This document shows positions 1 through 13,460 of a stretch of 64,000 nucleotides of DNA, one piece after another. The notes under the pieces were generated by a model. That model was not told where the DNA came from and did not search any database. It worked only from the letters and a program-made list of their open reading frames with translations. Numbering within the stretch: the stretch's first letter is position 1; every line of letters begins with the position of its first letter. The translations under genes were made by a program, and so were the position numbers. Origin of the DNA: the human T2T-CHM13v2.0 reference genome, Homo sapiens; assembly GCF_009914755.1 (NCBI RefSeq), contig NC_060936.1, one strand, 5' to 3'.

Positions 1-165
1 CTCTCATTCTCCCTGGGGCCATGTAAGACCTGCCTTTCACCTTCCACCATGATTGTGAGGCCTCCCCAGCCACGTGGAACTGTGAGCCCATTAAGTCTCT
101 TTTTCTGTATGAATTACCCAGTCTAGGGTATGTCTTTATCAGCAGCGTGAAAACGGACTAATACA
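1..165 (+). mobile_element. THE1 (ERVL-MaLR) LTR, 3' part
   Basis: Ends in ...CAGCAGCGTGAAAACGGACTAATACA, the typical THE1 LTR terminus; also contains CCATGATTGTGAGGCCTCCCCAGCCACGTGGAACTGTGAG. Confidence 0.9.
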
Positions 166-999
166 TCCCCTAAGAAATATCCAAAATCAGATATGCTGTA
201 TACCTCTAAAGGCAGAGATATGAGGTAGAATGAAAAACCCAAGGACTCATATACGGAGTTCTTAGAGACCACATCCTTTCCCCTCTCCTAGACTGGGCAG
301 CCAGGTAACTGCTCCTCCCTTCTTCTTGACAGAAAACTAAAGATACCCTTTCTGGAGAGGTTAAACTAAACAAAAACCAAAAAACTCTGGCTTAAGGGCA
401 CTAGTCACAGCTAAGGGCTAGAGCAAGGCATTTTACTGGAAAATAAAAATCAGAGAAGTTCGCCTAATGAAGAGTGAGACAACACTCCACCATCCCTGAC
501 CCATCCACCCTTTCCCCTACCAGGCTCCCAGAATGCTAAATACCAGACTTACACTATTTTAGGCAGGATTGGAGAGAATTCCTTTCTAGAAAAACCAAGC
601 AGCCCAAAAGAATAGACAAAAAACAAAACAAAACAAAAACTGGCATTTAGAGGCTATAAAAAGACAGGGCTCCCACCTGGTTATCCTAAAGTGAGACCCT
701 CTAATCTGTATGTCCCCCCTCCGCATAAGTTTCTGATTAGCTCATGGTGCCTCTCCCCTTCACATGAACTGGTCAGTTAGGGATCACTAGCCACTTGGAA
801 AAAACCTTTCACATAGGAGACAGAGTCCAAAATAAACTGTAAAAGAAACATTGAGAAAACAGTAAATGCAGAGGCAAAAGAAAACATTTTAAAACTAGTT
901 ACCATTTTCTAAAAAAGGAGGACAATTTTGCTTTCATTAAATGTGAAGAGTTTCCTATTAAAATGTCACATATAAAGAATAAGAAGGAGCTCTTGGAAA

Positions 1000-1620
1000 C
1001 TAAAAAATATAGGAGCAGAATTAGTGGAAGGGTTAGGAGATAAAATTAAGGAAAGCTTCTATAAAGTGGAACAAAAATACCCAGAGATGAAAAATAAAAG
1101 TGGAAAGAAAAGAAAATTAGAGGTTTAATGCTGGAGGTTGAAAACATGACTCTAGGAATTCTAGAGAAAGAGTGGAGGGAAGGCAATTATCAAAGGAAAA
1201 TTCAGGAAAATTTCCAAAAATCTTAAGAACATATTCTTCATACTGAAAGTGCTCACCAAGTGTGTAGTGAATTTAACAATTCACTTCTGTTGTGAAATGT
1301 CAGAAACACAGAGACAATCCTAAAAGCTTCCATAGAGAGGGAAAAAAAAATAGGTCATATACAAAGATCAGAAATCAGAATGGCATCAGACTTCTCAACA
1401 GCAACATCGAAAGCTAGAGGAAAATAAAAATGCCTTCAAAGTTTTTTATGAAAAATTATTTCCAACCTAAAATTCTCTACCCAAACTATTTACTATGAGT
1501 GGAGAATAAAGATATTTTCAAATATGCAAGGTCTCAAAAATAGTATTTCCTTACACATCATTTCTCATGAAGCTTCTGGAAGATGTGCTCTATGAAAACG
1601 GGAAAAATGCAGAAAAAAAA
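1000..1620 (+). mobile_element. Ancient L1/HAL1 ORF1-region remnant
   Basis: A-rich; AATCAGAATGGCATCAGACTTCTCAACAGCAACA...TTCCAACCTAAAATTCTCTACCCA resembles the L1 ORF1 C-terminal coding region; boundaries approximate. Confidence 0.55.
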
Positions 1621-1849
1621 AAGACATGAGATTCAGGAAACGGATGATTGAGGCAGAATTAGTGAGCAGCTAGTCCCAATTGGAGCAGGTTGTCAGAAGC
1701 TCTACCTGAAATCTTCTCTAAGAAAAAACAATGGAACATGTAGGTTGCCTTATGGGTCTGCCCTCTATAAGAAAGGAGTTTTAGAAGCTCTTTCCAAAAG
1801 TGCAGTGATGAAGCGATAGAAGGTACATGGAAAACTTAACAAGGTATTT

Positions 1850-2530
1850 CCAGCTGAACACGTTAGGTTGTACAGCCACCACTGAAGTCAGACAATACCA
1901 ATGTTGGCACAAACGTGGAGCACTGGGAACTTGCATAGACTGCTGGTACAAGCACTGTGGAAAACAATGGATAATATCTAGAAGGATGAAGATGTTTATG
2001 CACTGTGCCACAGAATTTCCACTTCTTGTGGCATACCAAATGAAACGTGTGTATATGTGCACAAATAGTGTGTACAAGAATATTCATAGCATTAAGATTT
2101 ACTCCAAACTAGAAACAACTCAGAAGTACATCCACAGTAACATGGATAGTCTGTGGTATCCGTGTATAACCAAAGTGGATATATGTAATGATGATGTGGT
2201 TGAATTTTACAGAGCTGAGTAAAAGAAACCAAACACAAAAGAATATGCACCATATGTCTCTATTTACATAAAATTCAAAAGCAGGCAAAGCTAAACTCAG
2301 TTGTTTCACAATGGATACATAGGTGGTAAAACTGTAAAGGAAAAGAAGGAAGCAGTAATCATAAAAGGTAGGATGGTGTCACATCTAAAGGGAGAGAACT
2401 AGTTGTAATCAGGTGGGGACATATGGGGGGCTTTAGGGAAGCTAGCAATGTTTATTTCTTGATTTGAGTGTTGGTTAATGATCATTCACTTTATAATATA
2501 TATTAAACTGTATGCATATATTTGGTAATT
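1850..2530 (+). mobile_element. Ancient L1M (L1ME-like) 3' end
   Basis: Degenerate L1 ORF2-end/3'UTR motifs (CACTGTGGAAAACAATGG, ACATAAAATTCAAAAGCAGGCAAAGCTAA). Confidence 0.55.
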
Positions 2531-3711
2531 TAAAAAGAAAACCACTTTTTAAACAGTGTGGCAGATTGAGCACATATTTTACCTTTTGTTCCCTTCCAAA
2601 CTTCACAAAAATGACTCTAGTCATAAGGATAAAGAGAGTAAGAGACAAAAAACAAAACACTCATATAATTCTGGGATCCAAAAAGCAGGTGAATAAGAAG
2701 AGACTCACTTAGAAAAGCAGAGAAAGCTGAAATTCAAGACAGCAGCATGAGAAGGTCTTAGAAGCAGGCTTATTTGTATCTCAGAAGCCCCAAAAGGAGC
2801 AGGAATTGGATGTTGTGATAGCTCTTGAAGCAGGGCCTATGTTGGGATAGAGACTTAAAAAACAGAGTTGGTTGCAAATCTGTATGAAGGGACATTTCAC
2901 CTATCCCCTTGCCTACCCTGTGCAGCTGGGCAACTGTCCCTCCCCTAGCCTAGCAGAAGACTGAAGTCTTACTCACAGAACTTAACAGGAGACTCCGGAC
3001 AGGGAACACTGATGTAACTGTGAGGCGGCCTCTGTATTGAACACTGGGGAACTAAGGGAATGTCTACATACTCAGAAACAAAATCAAAAATGAAACACCC
3101 CCTGCAACCTTCCCCCATAATCTCCTTCCCAAACTCTTCCCCAAGAGCGTAAACCTCCACTTAATATGTTTTGAAAATCAGGCAATCAATGTGGACTGAT
3201 TGTTATCTAGACCTGGTGCACAGTGGTTGTCTTGGGATCTCAGTTTAAAATATGGTGGGAATTATTCTGGCCTGTATCCTACTGATTCTTTATTGCCTGA
3301 ATCTCATGTTTCTTCTTTGGATACTCCCTTGTCTTGGCCGTGCATATCATCCAGTAGCGTCCTGAGAAAGCATGCACAGGAGATCATTATTTTGAGAATG
3401 AGCATATGTGAAAAAACCTTTATTCTCCCCCTAGTACTTTATGGCCTGTTAAGCGGAGGTGTGTCAACCATTGGGCTTTTCTATGGGGTGTTCTGGCTGA
3501 GTTCATTAGGCAACCTCCAAATGTTAATATTAATATTATCATGGTATTCTTCTTTCTCCACTTCTTCCTCCTCCCTTCTCCCTTTCCTTTCCTTCTCCCT
3601 CTCCTCTCCTTTCCCCTCCTCCCCAGCACCCCTCCTCATCATTCTCCTCCTCCTATTTTCCCTCCCCTCCTCCTTCTCATTGCTTAGTCCATTGTCTAGA
3701 GCAAGAACCCT

Positions 3712-4009
3712 CCCAGCATAGTGACTCATGCCTATAATCCCAGCACATTGGGAGGCCAAGGTGGGAAAATCACTTGAGGCCAGGAGTTAGAGACCAGCCT
3801 GGGCCACATGGCAAGACCCCATCTCTACAAAAAATAAAATAAATACCCATGTGGTGGCATGTACCTATAATCCCAGCTACTTGGGAGGCTTAGGTGGGAA
3901 GATTGCTTGAGCCCCAGGAGATAGAAGTTGCCGTGAACCGTGATTGCCACTGTATTCCAGCCTGGGTGACAGAGCGAGACCTTGTCTAAAAAAAAAAAAA
4001 AAAAAAAAA
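3712..4009 (+). mobile_element. AluJ
   Basis: Dimeric Alu with poly(A); TSD AGCAAGAAC(C/T)CT. Confidence 0.92.
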
Positions 4010-4239
4010 GCAAGAACTCTGTGATTCACTTACCCCTGAATCTCTGTGGCCTAGTACCATACCTGACACCCAATAAATATTTAAACTGAATTCAAATTAA
4101 CAACTTCACGTTGAAGTTAGATGAGCTCTCTTCCTCTACTTTGTGAGCTATATGTGAAGGGGTTGAAAATGCAAGAGTAGATAAAAAGAGAAATCTTCCA
4201 CTTGAAGAAGTTGTATGCAACAATTAAACTGAGCATCAT

Positions 4240-5420
4240 GACATCTGGCAGCATCCTCCCTTTGCTGGACTTCTCAGCAGCATTTCACAGAGTGGATCAT
4301 TCCCTCCTAGAAATTTTTTACCTTCCAGCACACTCTCCTGGTTTCCTCCAGCCTTACAGGTCACTCCTTCCCAATCTCTTTTGCTGGAGCTCCTCCTATT
4401 TCTGGACTGTAAATGCTGGAGTGACCAGGACTTAGTCTTCCTCAGTACTTTCATCCTGTCCCGCAGCTTTAAGTTCTGTTTATGAGCTGATCATTCCATA
4501 TAGCTCAGCTATCTCCAGTTCTGGCTCCTTTCCTAAACTCCAGATTCTTCACACCCTATGGCCACACAACATTTCCACTTAGAGGTCTAACAGGCATCCC
4601 AAACTTAGCATGGCCAAAAACCCAGGCCTTCGCTATCCACTCCCCCAAACCTGCTCTGCCTCAGGTATTCCTGTCTTGGTCGATAGCAACATCACCCACT
4701 CAACTGCTCGGACCAAAACCTTGTGACCATGGAATGCAGTGTTTGCAGTGATTATGAATCTCAACTCTGCAGCCAGAACGTCTGGGGTCTAAAATCAGCT
4801 CCAGCATTTCCCGTGTGCATTACCCTTCCTGTCTGTGCCTCAGTTTCTCATCAGAAAATGGAAATGATAATAGTGCCTACCCTATGGGATTGCTGTAAGG
4901 GTGATGTGGGTGAAAGTAGATTAAAGCATATAGAATCTGGCATAGGGAAGGTATTAGAAAGGCATTTGATATTATTTTTATTGTTATGAATATATGTAAA
5001 ACATAGGAACAAGGCCTGACATAGAGTATGCACTAAGATTGATTCCTCTTTTTCCCTGATGTATCATATTCAATTCAAAGGGAATCCGGTTGGTTTTATA
5101 TTCAAACTACAGATAAACTATAACTATTTCTCTCTGTCTGCACCATTGTAACCCTGACCCATGCTTTTACCTCCTCTTTCAGTTGAACCCCACAATAGTC
5201 ACCTAACTTATCTCCCTCACCCACAGTCTCCTTCTCACATGTGAGTCTGATTGTGTCACTCCTTGCTCAGAAGTTTCCACTGGCTTCCAAAGTACTCAGG
5301 TCTTCAGTGTGGCTAGCAAGGTGCTCTCTAATCTAGCACCTAGCTACCTGGCCAGCATTAGCTTCTACCACCTAGCCCTCCCTCAGTGGGCTCCCTCACA
5401 CCAGACTCCTTGTCATTCCC
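4240..5420 (+). mobile_element. L2 fragment interrupted by a MIR (about 4735-4965)
   Basis: ORF 4202..4435 contains LLDFSAAFHRVDHSLL, matching the L2 RT motif LLDLSAAFDTVDHSLL; MIR core CTGTGCCTCAGTTTCTCATCAGAAAATGG. Confidence 0.7.
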
Positions 5421-5809
5421 CCATCTCCACCTAACATCATTCCCTGTCCTCCCCATCCTATCTGTCCTACCACATATCACACCCTGCTATTACGCTAGTC
5501 AATGCTGCCCTGGATAGAACTGTGATAGGGGGTGGGAGGTGTCATAAGACAGAGACTTAATCAGTTTATTTAGTTCCTCAACTTTAGCTTATGAGGCATT
5601 CTTCACATTGAAGGAATGTGATTCAGATTTGGGGGCTGTGGGAAGCTACTGAGCAGATTCAGCATAAGTTACCACATGTCAGCTCTGCAGTCTTAAAAAT
5701 TATACAAGTTGCTTTAAGTTTCTCCTTTAAAGTACTCATGGAAGTCATCATCTTCTCCATCATTTTCATCAATGTCCTTAGTCTTTATTGATTATTTTGC
5801 TGGGGGTGG

Positions 5810-6628
5810 TATGATCTTACTCATTTGTTAAGTAAGTCAAAAAATCTTATTTTTGACTAGACTCAGAAGTAGAAGCTTACAGAGGGGACAACCTGTGTCT
5901 CTGGTAATCTGCTCCTGGAGTTTTTCTTTAGTCTCCTTCATTCTCTTGGCCAAAAGTTTAACATATTTTGTGGCTCTTTCTTATTTTTCTTAGTATGCTG
6001 TTTCTTCTGAGCAATACCAGTGTTTGTATTGCAGGACATGTAGAGTAACAAGATGCTGAATCTTGGGTGCTTTGGTCCTCAGTATCTTACTCTCTTTGTT
6101 TAAGGGCTTTCTGGCAACATATGGGTGGGGGGCATTGTCTTCTTTAGAGAGACTGAAAAGTTTGCATTTCTGTTAGCTCTTTTGGGCCCCCAGCAACATG
6201 ACACCATAGTATCAGTCAGTCCAGGAGTATCCTTCCCTCCTTTTTTTTTTTTTTTTTTTAAGATAACCAACTGGAGAATGCTCAGATTGGCATGCACAAT
6301 GAAACCCCAAACAGATTCGCACTTTCTTTCTCCAGTTCTCCTTGGTCTATAACAGGAATGCCCCTACTCAGTAGCAGTAGGCAGACCCAGCCATGGGTCA
6401 GGACACACTGCTTCATGAGGAAACCTTGTTCGTTGGTCCCACCACTGACTCGGACCACATAACTCTTCCAGAGCGTCGGCAGCAACCTCTGTGCCATATG
6501 CTTCTCATAAGTACAAAATTGCCATTCGTTGTCCAATCCAATGAGTGTCTGTCAGCCAGTGGCTGGGGAGGAGATATTTAGCTTCATCCTGAAGCAGCTA
6601 ATTGCCTCCAAGGTGCCACAAAAAAGAG
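5810..6628 (-). pseudogene. RPS6: Processed pseudogene of ribosomal protein S6 (RPS6), full length, disabled
   Basis: Minus strand: 5'TOP-like CTCTTTTTTGTGGCACCTTGGAGG, ATG at 6587 (ATGAAGCTAAATATCTC), peptides [24 protein letters not shown] and [26 protein letters not shown]-terminal ...ESSQK* with TAA at 5847-5849; intronless, with frameshifts and stops. Confidence 0.95.
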
Positions 6629-7094
6629 CTCATGTTTTTGTTTTTGTTTTTTCATTAAACATTTAATTACATAAACGCAGAGAATCATATGGTTGCTTTG
6701 ATGCTTTATGAGCACAGACATCAGTCCTATGATAACCATTTACCTTTGAGATAATTGTACCTGTTTTAATGGGATTGATGTTATTTTAACATAAATAGGT
6801 GTTAATTTGGGGGCTTAAGAGAAAAGAGTGTCTTTTCTGTCAAAATGAATGTTAGGTACATTTTCAGCCTATGAGAATTCACCCACGAGGACCTTTATTT
6901 AGGAACAAATTATCTTCATCATGGTGGAATGTTGTACATTACTTGGTTATGTACGTATTCTATGTTGACCCCTCCAGAATCTTCATTATGTGAGGACAGC
7001 AACATTGTTTTATTTAGAATAGTGCCTGGTGAATGTAAACATTTAATAAATAAATTATAAATAAACATTAAACATTTACTTAAATTGTAGGTTA

Positions 7095-7379
<285 letters not shown>

Positions 7380-7757
7380 TTAATGGCTATGATTATGTTA
7401 AATGTATGAAAATAATGTTGGAAGGAAACATACAAGAATGATAATAGTTATCAGAAGGTTATGATTATAGGTGATTTTTAACCAAAATTTTAAATTTTAT
7501 TGAAACATTACATTGTTCTTTTTTTTTAAAAAAAAAAAAGTAATGTCACAAATGAAAGCACATGGAATTGGCAGTCCAAGTCCCGGATTCCAGTACTTAC
7601 TGTGTGGAGTGGCATTAGGTAAGTCTCTTGAGCACTCTTGCTGTGCTTCTGTTTCCTCTTCAGTAAATGGAAGGTCATAGGACTTTGCAGTTCCATAATT
7701 CTGATTCTCACTTCTGCCAACATTAGCCACTCCAAATCCTTCCCTCTGTAGTTTCTA

Positions 7758-8118
<361 letters not shown>

Positions 8119-9067
8119 AGGAAGGCATAACTGTTTTCATTACTAATTGTCTTTATGATAATTGTTTTCTTTAAAGCAATATTTATTTTGTTGTACTTGC
8201 AATGACTGGCAGTGGCAAAGTAACATGCTTTCCTGATTCCATTAGCTCTGGTTCCAGGAACACATCAGGAAACCCCGAGCCTGGCTGGCCGGAGGAAGAA
8301 GCACAGCACATTTCATGAATTAGGCTCCTGCCCTTCTGGTTTGGGTGGGGTGATGGCTGGCCCTGGGCTGGTACTGACTTTGCTTTGTTTTCATTACGCA
8401 TGATTTGTTGCCCTGGAAATACGAGAGAATCTCAGACAGAGTAAGTTTCCTTCCTCTGCCTATCTGCTGGGGGAATCTACAGTGCTATGAGGCCAACCTT
8501 GAAAACTTTGTGTGTTACAGCCTGAATTTACTTTACATACAGTCATTTCAGGGGCATGTGTGATCACTCTGTGCTTCATAAGATTAATGAGTCAGGCAGG
8601 ATGGTACTTGGAGAATTCCCGTGTGGTGAGTGAGTTCACACAGCAGTGACTTGGGATCCAGTGGACTCTCTGTTTCAAAATCTCTACTCATAGAAACAAT
8701 TTCTTTAGTTCATCCACACCTCTTCTTGTAACACATACAAGTCCTAATTTCATGACAGAGTTGAGGCACCACATCTCTGTGCCAATGTAGTAACTATTTC
8801 CCTAAAGTCTTTCAAATGAATGTATGAGTGTCACTTTATCATGCTGACTAGGATTGTAGAGTATGTCAACCTGATTCTGTAAAATTGGAAAATTATCCAG
8901 CTTTTGAACACAGGATGAGTTTCTTAAGACAATGTGGAGGCATGTGATTAGAAGAATTATTTTTAGGATTGAATAAGCTAACACATGTAAAGTGCTTTAA
9001 GCAGATCCTGGCATATAGTAAGTGCCCAATAAAAATTAGCTTCTGTTGTTGTTGCATTTGTTGCTAT

Positions 9068-9653
9068 TGTGAGAAACAAACTCACCATCCAAGCCCAAAG
9101 AATGGACTCAGAGACCCAGAGAACAGTAAAAGTGAGATTTTTCGTGATGGTCTTGCAAGATTGGCTGTCCGGTGGGCAGGCACACCCAGCACAGTTACAA
9201 AAAGCAATTTATTCCCTAATGCACAGGTCCCTTCCCCCGGTTCCTCACAGGCTGAGTACTATGGGGTCACAGTCTTCCTGGACATTGCCTATCGGTTGTT
9301 GGGTAGTGGCTTTAGGTGTTTTCTTTAGGGTTGTCCTGCTGCATTTTGTTGCAGCCCACAATACATTGCAATCCTAGTTAGCTTAGGGACTCAAGTATTT
9401 GACTTATGACCTAAGTAGCTGGGTAGGCTAATAAGAACAGAAAAAACGAGCTATTTTGCAGGCTAGTAAGCTTTCATTTCAGACTAAACTTCTTTGGTTT
9501 GGGTGAGGGCAACTAAGGGGAAGTGGTGACAAGCAGGCATTGGCTATCCAAGCAGGGGCCTAGTATATCCTATTTCTTCTGTGGTTTGCTGACCTAAACC
9601 GATTCAAGGCACTTTGTCTTGGAAACGGACCACAGCATACATTATTTCCTTCA
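9068..9653 (-). mobile_element. Solo LTR, ERV1 class (family not assigned)
   Basis: TG...CA termini with exact 4-bp TSD CTAT (9064-9067 / 9654-9657). Confidence 0.8.
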
Positions 9654-9928
9654 CTATTATTATATTCAAATACATTTGTAGTTTCATTTCCCTCTATGAG
9701 GGAAGAGTGTTGTTGAGGGCAGAGATTATCTCTACCCGCAATCATTATAGAAAAATTAGAATATGTTTATCTTTTTGCAGATAGACAAAAATACCCTTAC
9801 TTTAACCCAGGTTTTTCTGATGGAGGTATTATTCAACATTTTGTAGAAAGAGAGGAAGTAATTTGTGAATATCAACAACACACAGTGTACATTGAATACC
9901 TATTATGTGTAAGATCTGGGCTAAGGAC

Positions 9929-10408
9929 TGTATTAGTCTGTTCTTGCATTGCTAATATAAATAATTGAGACTGAGTAATTAAGAAGAAAAGAGGTTTAAT
10001 GGGCTCATGCTTCTGCAGGCTGTACAGAAAGCATAGCTTCTGCATCAGCTTCTGGGAAAGCTTCAGGAAACTTACAATCATGGCAGAAGGCAAATACAGG
10101 AAGCATAGCTTCTGGGAAGGCTTCAGGAAAGTTAGAATCATGGCGGAACGCAAAATGGAAGCAGGCATATCACATGAGGAAATCAGGACCAAGAGAGTTG
10201 GAGAGAGATGCCACTCACTTTTAAACAACCAGATCTTGTGAGCACTTACTCACTATCACGAGAACAGTACAAAGGGGAAAGTACTAAATCATTCCTGAGA
10301 GATCGGCCCCCATCATTCATCCAATCACCTCCCAACAGGCCCCACCTTCAACATTGGGGATTACATTTCAATATGAGATTTGGGTGGGATAACATCCAAA
10401 CTATATCA
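9929..10408 (-). mobile_element. MST (MSTA-like) MaLR solo LTR
   Basis: TGTATTAGTCTGTTCTTGCATTGCTA...CATCCAAACTATATCA; 5-bp TSD AGGAC/GGGAC. Confidence 0.88.
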
Positions 10409-10502
10409 GGGACTAAGATAAAAAGAAATGTGTCACACCAGTCTTGACTTCATGGATCTTATATTCTAATCACGCAGACAAGGCTCATGAGAAAAGTAAA
10501 TT

Positions 10503-10623
10503 ATGTGTGTGTATATATATATATGTATATATATACATATATATGTGTGTGTATATATATATATGTATATATATACATATATATGTGTATGTGTATATAT
10601 ATGTGTGTATATATGTATGTATG

Positions 10624-10672
<49 letters not shown>
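10503..10672. repeat. Compound (TA)n/(TG)n microsatellite
   Basis: Directly visible. Confidence 0.97.
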
Positions 10673-10678
<6 letters not shown>

Positions 10679-10833
10679 GCTGTAATCCCAGCACTTTGGG
10701 ATGCTTGAGGTAGGAGGATCACTTGAGTCCAGAAGTTTGAGACCAGCCTGGGCAACATAGTGAGACCCCATCTCTAAAATAAAATTAAAAAATCAGCTGG
10801 GCATGGTGGTGCATGCTTTTGGTTCTAGCTACT
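10679..10833 (+). mobile_element. AluJ/FLAM fragment
   Basis: Left monomer plus the start of the right monomer. Confidence 0.85.
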
Positions 10834-12931
10834 TGTATTGTTGTTGCTAGCAGTTATACCCAGTCTTAGCACTTTTGTTTTATATAATACGCATCTGAAA
10901 AAGATGTATCATAAATTGATTTTTTGATCAATCTAATAATCTAAGCAGTCTTTGGTGAACCCTTTTGTAAAGATCATACTTCAAAACAGATACTCATTCT
11001 TTAATTTACTTTATCACTCAGTTTTTGCATGTCAGGTTTAAGATAAGGTGGGCTTCTTCTACTGCAAGGACTAAGGAATGCCTAAGGGAGATGTCATACC
11101 AATGTGGCACCAGAGTAGCAAGGGTATTCTTAACTCTTGGGCTCTGTATGGCATGGGCACTTGTCTCTGGAGATTCTGGCAAGGGTCTGGTCCAGCCCTC
11201 TCTGTGACTGAACTAGCATAGAACTATCTTTATACTGAAGCAAATGGGCTCAGAACCCCTAAGATGAGAAGAAGGAACAACAGCAGAAAGCAAATGTTCG
11301 GAATTTCCTTTCCTCTAAAGGTGCAAGAAGTATCTCTTCACATTGCAAGAGCTCTGCTCAAAGGCACTGTGGGGGTCTTTCCCCCTACCCCCTACTTTCT
11401 TCTCCTAAGTGTAGCCACCTGGACCAGGTGGTTATGTTGGAACTGTCATTGGCTAATGGGAGTTTGATGCCAAAAGAAGGATAATTGATTCCTGAGAAGC
11501 TTGGCCTATCACAGATGGGAGAAATGCTCCCAGCTCAGCCCTGGCTGCTCTTCGAATTCTAGAAGTTGGAGGGATTTTACTACTCAAGTGGAAAACTTGG
11601 GCAGACCAACCTAAACCCAGTAAATTAAGAGCTTTCACTTTTCCCTGGAAATTTGAAGCTTGACTGAAGAATTTGGAAAGTTTGCAAAGTCTTATTAAGC
11701 TGAATCTATCGTCAATTTAATTTACCTTCCATGGCACCCTGTGTGCTTAATCTGACAAATCTCCTCGCTTACAACATCACAAACCCCTTCACCTGGAAAG
11801 GAGCAGCCCAGAGAAAGGAAGGAGAGCTGAGCTTTCCAACTCATTCTCAGATTAGGAAAGGGACCATTAGGCCTCAAAACTTAACTCTCAACTTTATGTC
11901 TAGGAAAATGGAGTTACATGGACCTAAAAACATTAGCTCTGTTCAGGCCATTGCTTTACAAGCATCCGAGAGGATGCTGTTCACCCCCAGCATGATGAGA
12001 AACAGTCGAACAGTGGGGCAAGTTGGCGGAAAGAAAGGCTGTATCTAGAATCTCCTAAGGCAGTTATTCTACCATTACTGGGTTTGAAATGTGGAAAGTC
12101 CATCCTTATGAACAGGTTATGTTCCTAAAGTCCATTTATTTAAAAACTGGCTTGGAACTAGGAGTAGTACCCTACCCTGGCCCCAGACAATTGTTTCCTC
12201 TTGTTTTATTATTTTTTTTACTTTTGATATTTGTTTTTTTGAATATTAGTTTCTTGGAAGGGTCTCTGATTTTATTAAAATTTTAATTGTATTAGGCTAA
12301 TACGTGTATATCAGCAAAACAGCCAAATAAGGCTATAAGGCTTTTAACCAAAACAGCAATAGTGTCCCTACCTCTGATTTCCACTCACCAGCAAAAAAAA
12401 AAAAAAAAAAAAAAAGTACATTATATTATTTTAGTTGTTTCTTTTTAATATTGACCACTATATGTCTACGTAGCTATGTATGATAGCTATTTCCTGATGT
12501 TTTAAAGCTTAGGTATTTTCTGTTAATTTCCTGCTAGGGAAATTTAGCTCTCTTACCTAGCCCCCTCCTTTCCCTACCTTCACACACATATACACACACT
12601 TCCTGTTCCATAATTCCCCAAGAGAGATATGTCATAATTTTTTGTTAGAGAAATGGTCAACACATATTTTATTTTTGATTATATAAATATTATTCACAGC
12701 TAAGTCACACAATGTGCTAAGAAGAAATTGGCTTTTTTATGTAACCTTGTGCTTTTCTTAGAATTAATAGTTGTTTCTCTTTCTTTTCTTTTTTCTTTTC
12801 TTGTTTTTTTTTTAATCTCTTAGAAATTTTTTCATCTTCAATGTTCCAATTACTCTCCACTCTCAGGCCAAAACTCAAGATTTGCAAATAAGTAACAATT
12901 CTCAACCTTCTTTCAAGTTTCTTTATTTCAA

Positions 12932-12942
12932 GTTTTTTTTTT

Positions 12943-12993
<51 letters not shown>
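12932..12993. repeat. (TTTC)n microsatellite
   Basis: Directly visible. Confidence 0.95.
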
Positions 12994-13215
12994 CACTGTG
13001 AGATACAACTCTTGAATAAAAAAACTGTACTCAGTGAGATACAACTCTTGGGGAAAAAAATTGACTAATCAAAGAAAGCCTGTGTATTTTTTAAAAAAGA
13101 CATTTCCATTGACAGAATTAGAAAAGACTCTGTATTGCCTTTCTTTCTTTCTGGCAAAATTCTTCTATTGATGTTCTTTTACAGAAAGGTGAGTTCTCCC
13201 TTTTAAAAATAAAAC

Positions 13216-13460
13216 AGGAAGGGGAACAGCACACTCTGGGGACTGTTGTGGGGTGGGGGGAAGGGGGAGGGATAACATTAGGAGATATACCTAATGCTAA
13301 ATGACGAGTTAATGGGTGCAGCACACCAGCATGGCACATGTATACATATGTAACTAACCTGCACATTGTGCACATGTACCCTAAAACTTAAAGTATAATA
13401 ATAATAAAATAAATAGAAAATAAATAAATATATATATATAAATAAATAAATAAAAATAAA
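13216..13460 (+). mobile_element. Young L1PA (PA2/PA3-like) 3' UTR end, heavily 5'-truncated
   Basis: GGAGATATACCTAATGCTAAATGACGAGTTAATGGGTGCAGCACACC...CCTAAAACTTAAAGTATAAT plus A-tail; TSD AAAAATAAAAC. Confidence 0.93.

Noticed and set aside
1827-2222. 131-aa ORF
   Set aside because: Lies in a decayed L1M 3' region; no recognisable protein or splice context
10444-10771. YI/Y-rich ORFs in several frames
   Set aside because: Artefacts of the (TA)n microsatellite
11731-12120. 105-aa ORF and a possible exon after TGTTCAG
   Set aside because: Weak splice signals and no recognisable homology
12998-13050. 17-bp direct repeat GTGAGATACAACTCTTG with a spacer (CRISPR-like look)
   Set aside because: Only two copies in a eukaryotic genome; a degenerate 36-bp tandem duplication
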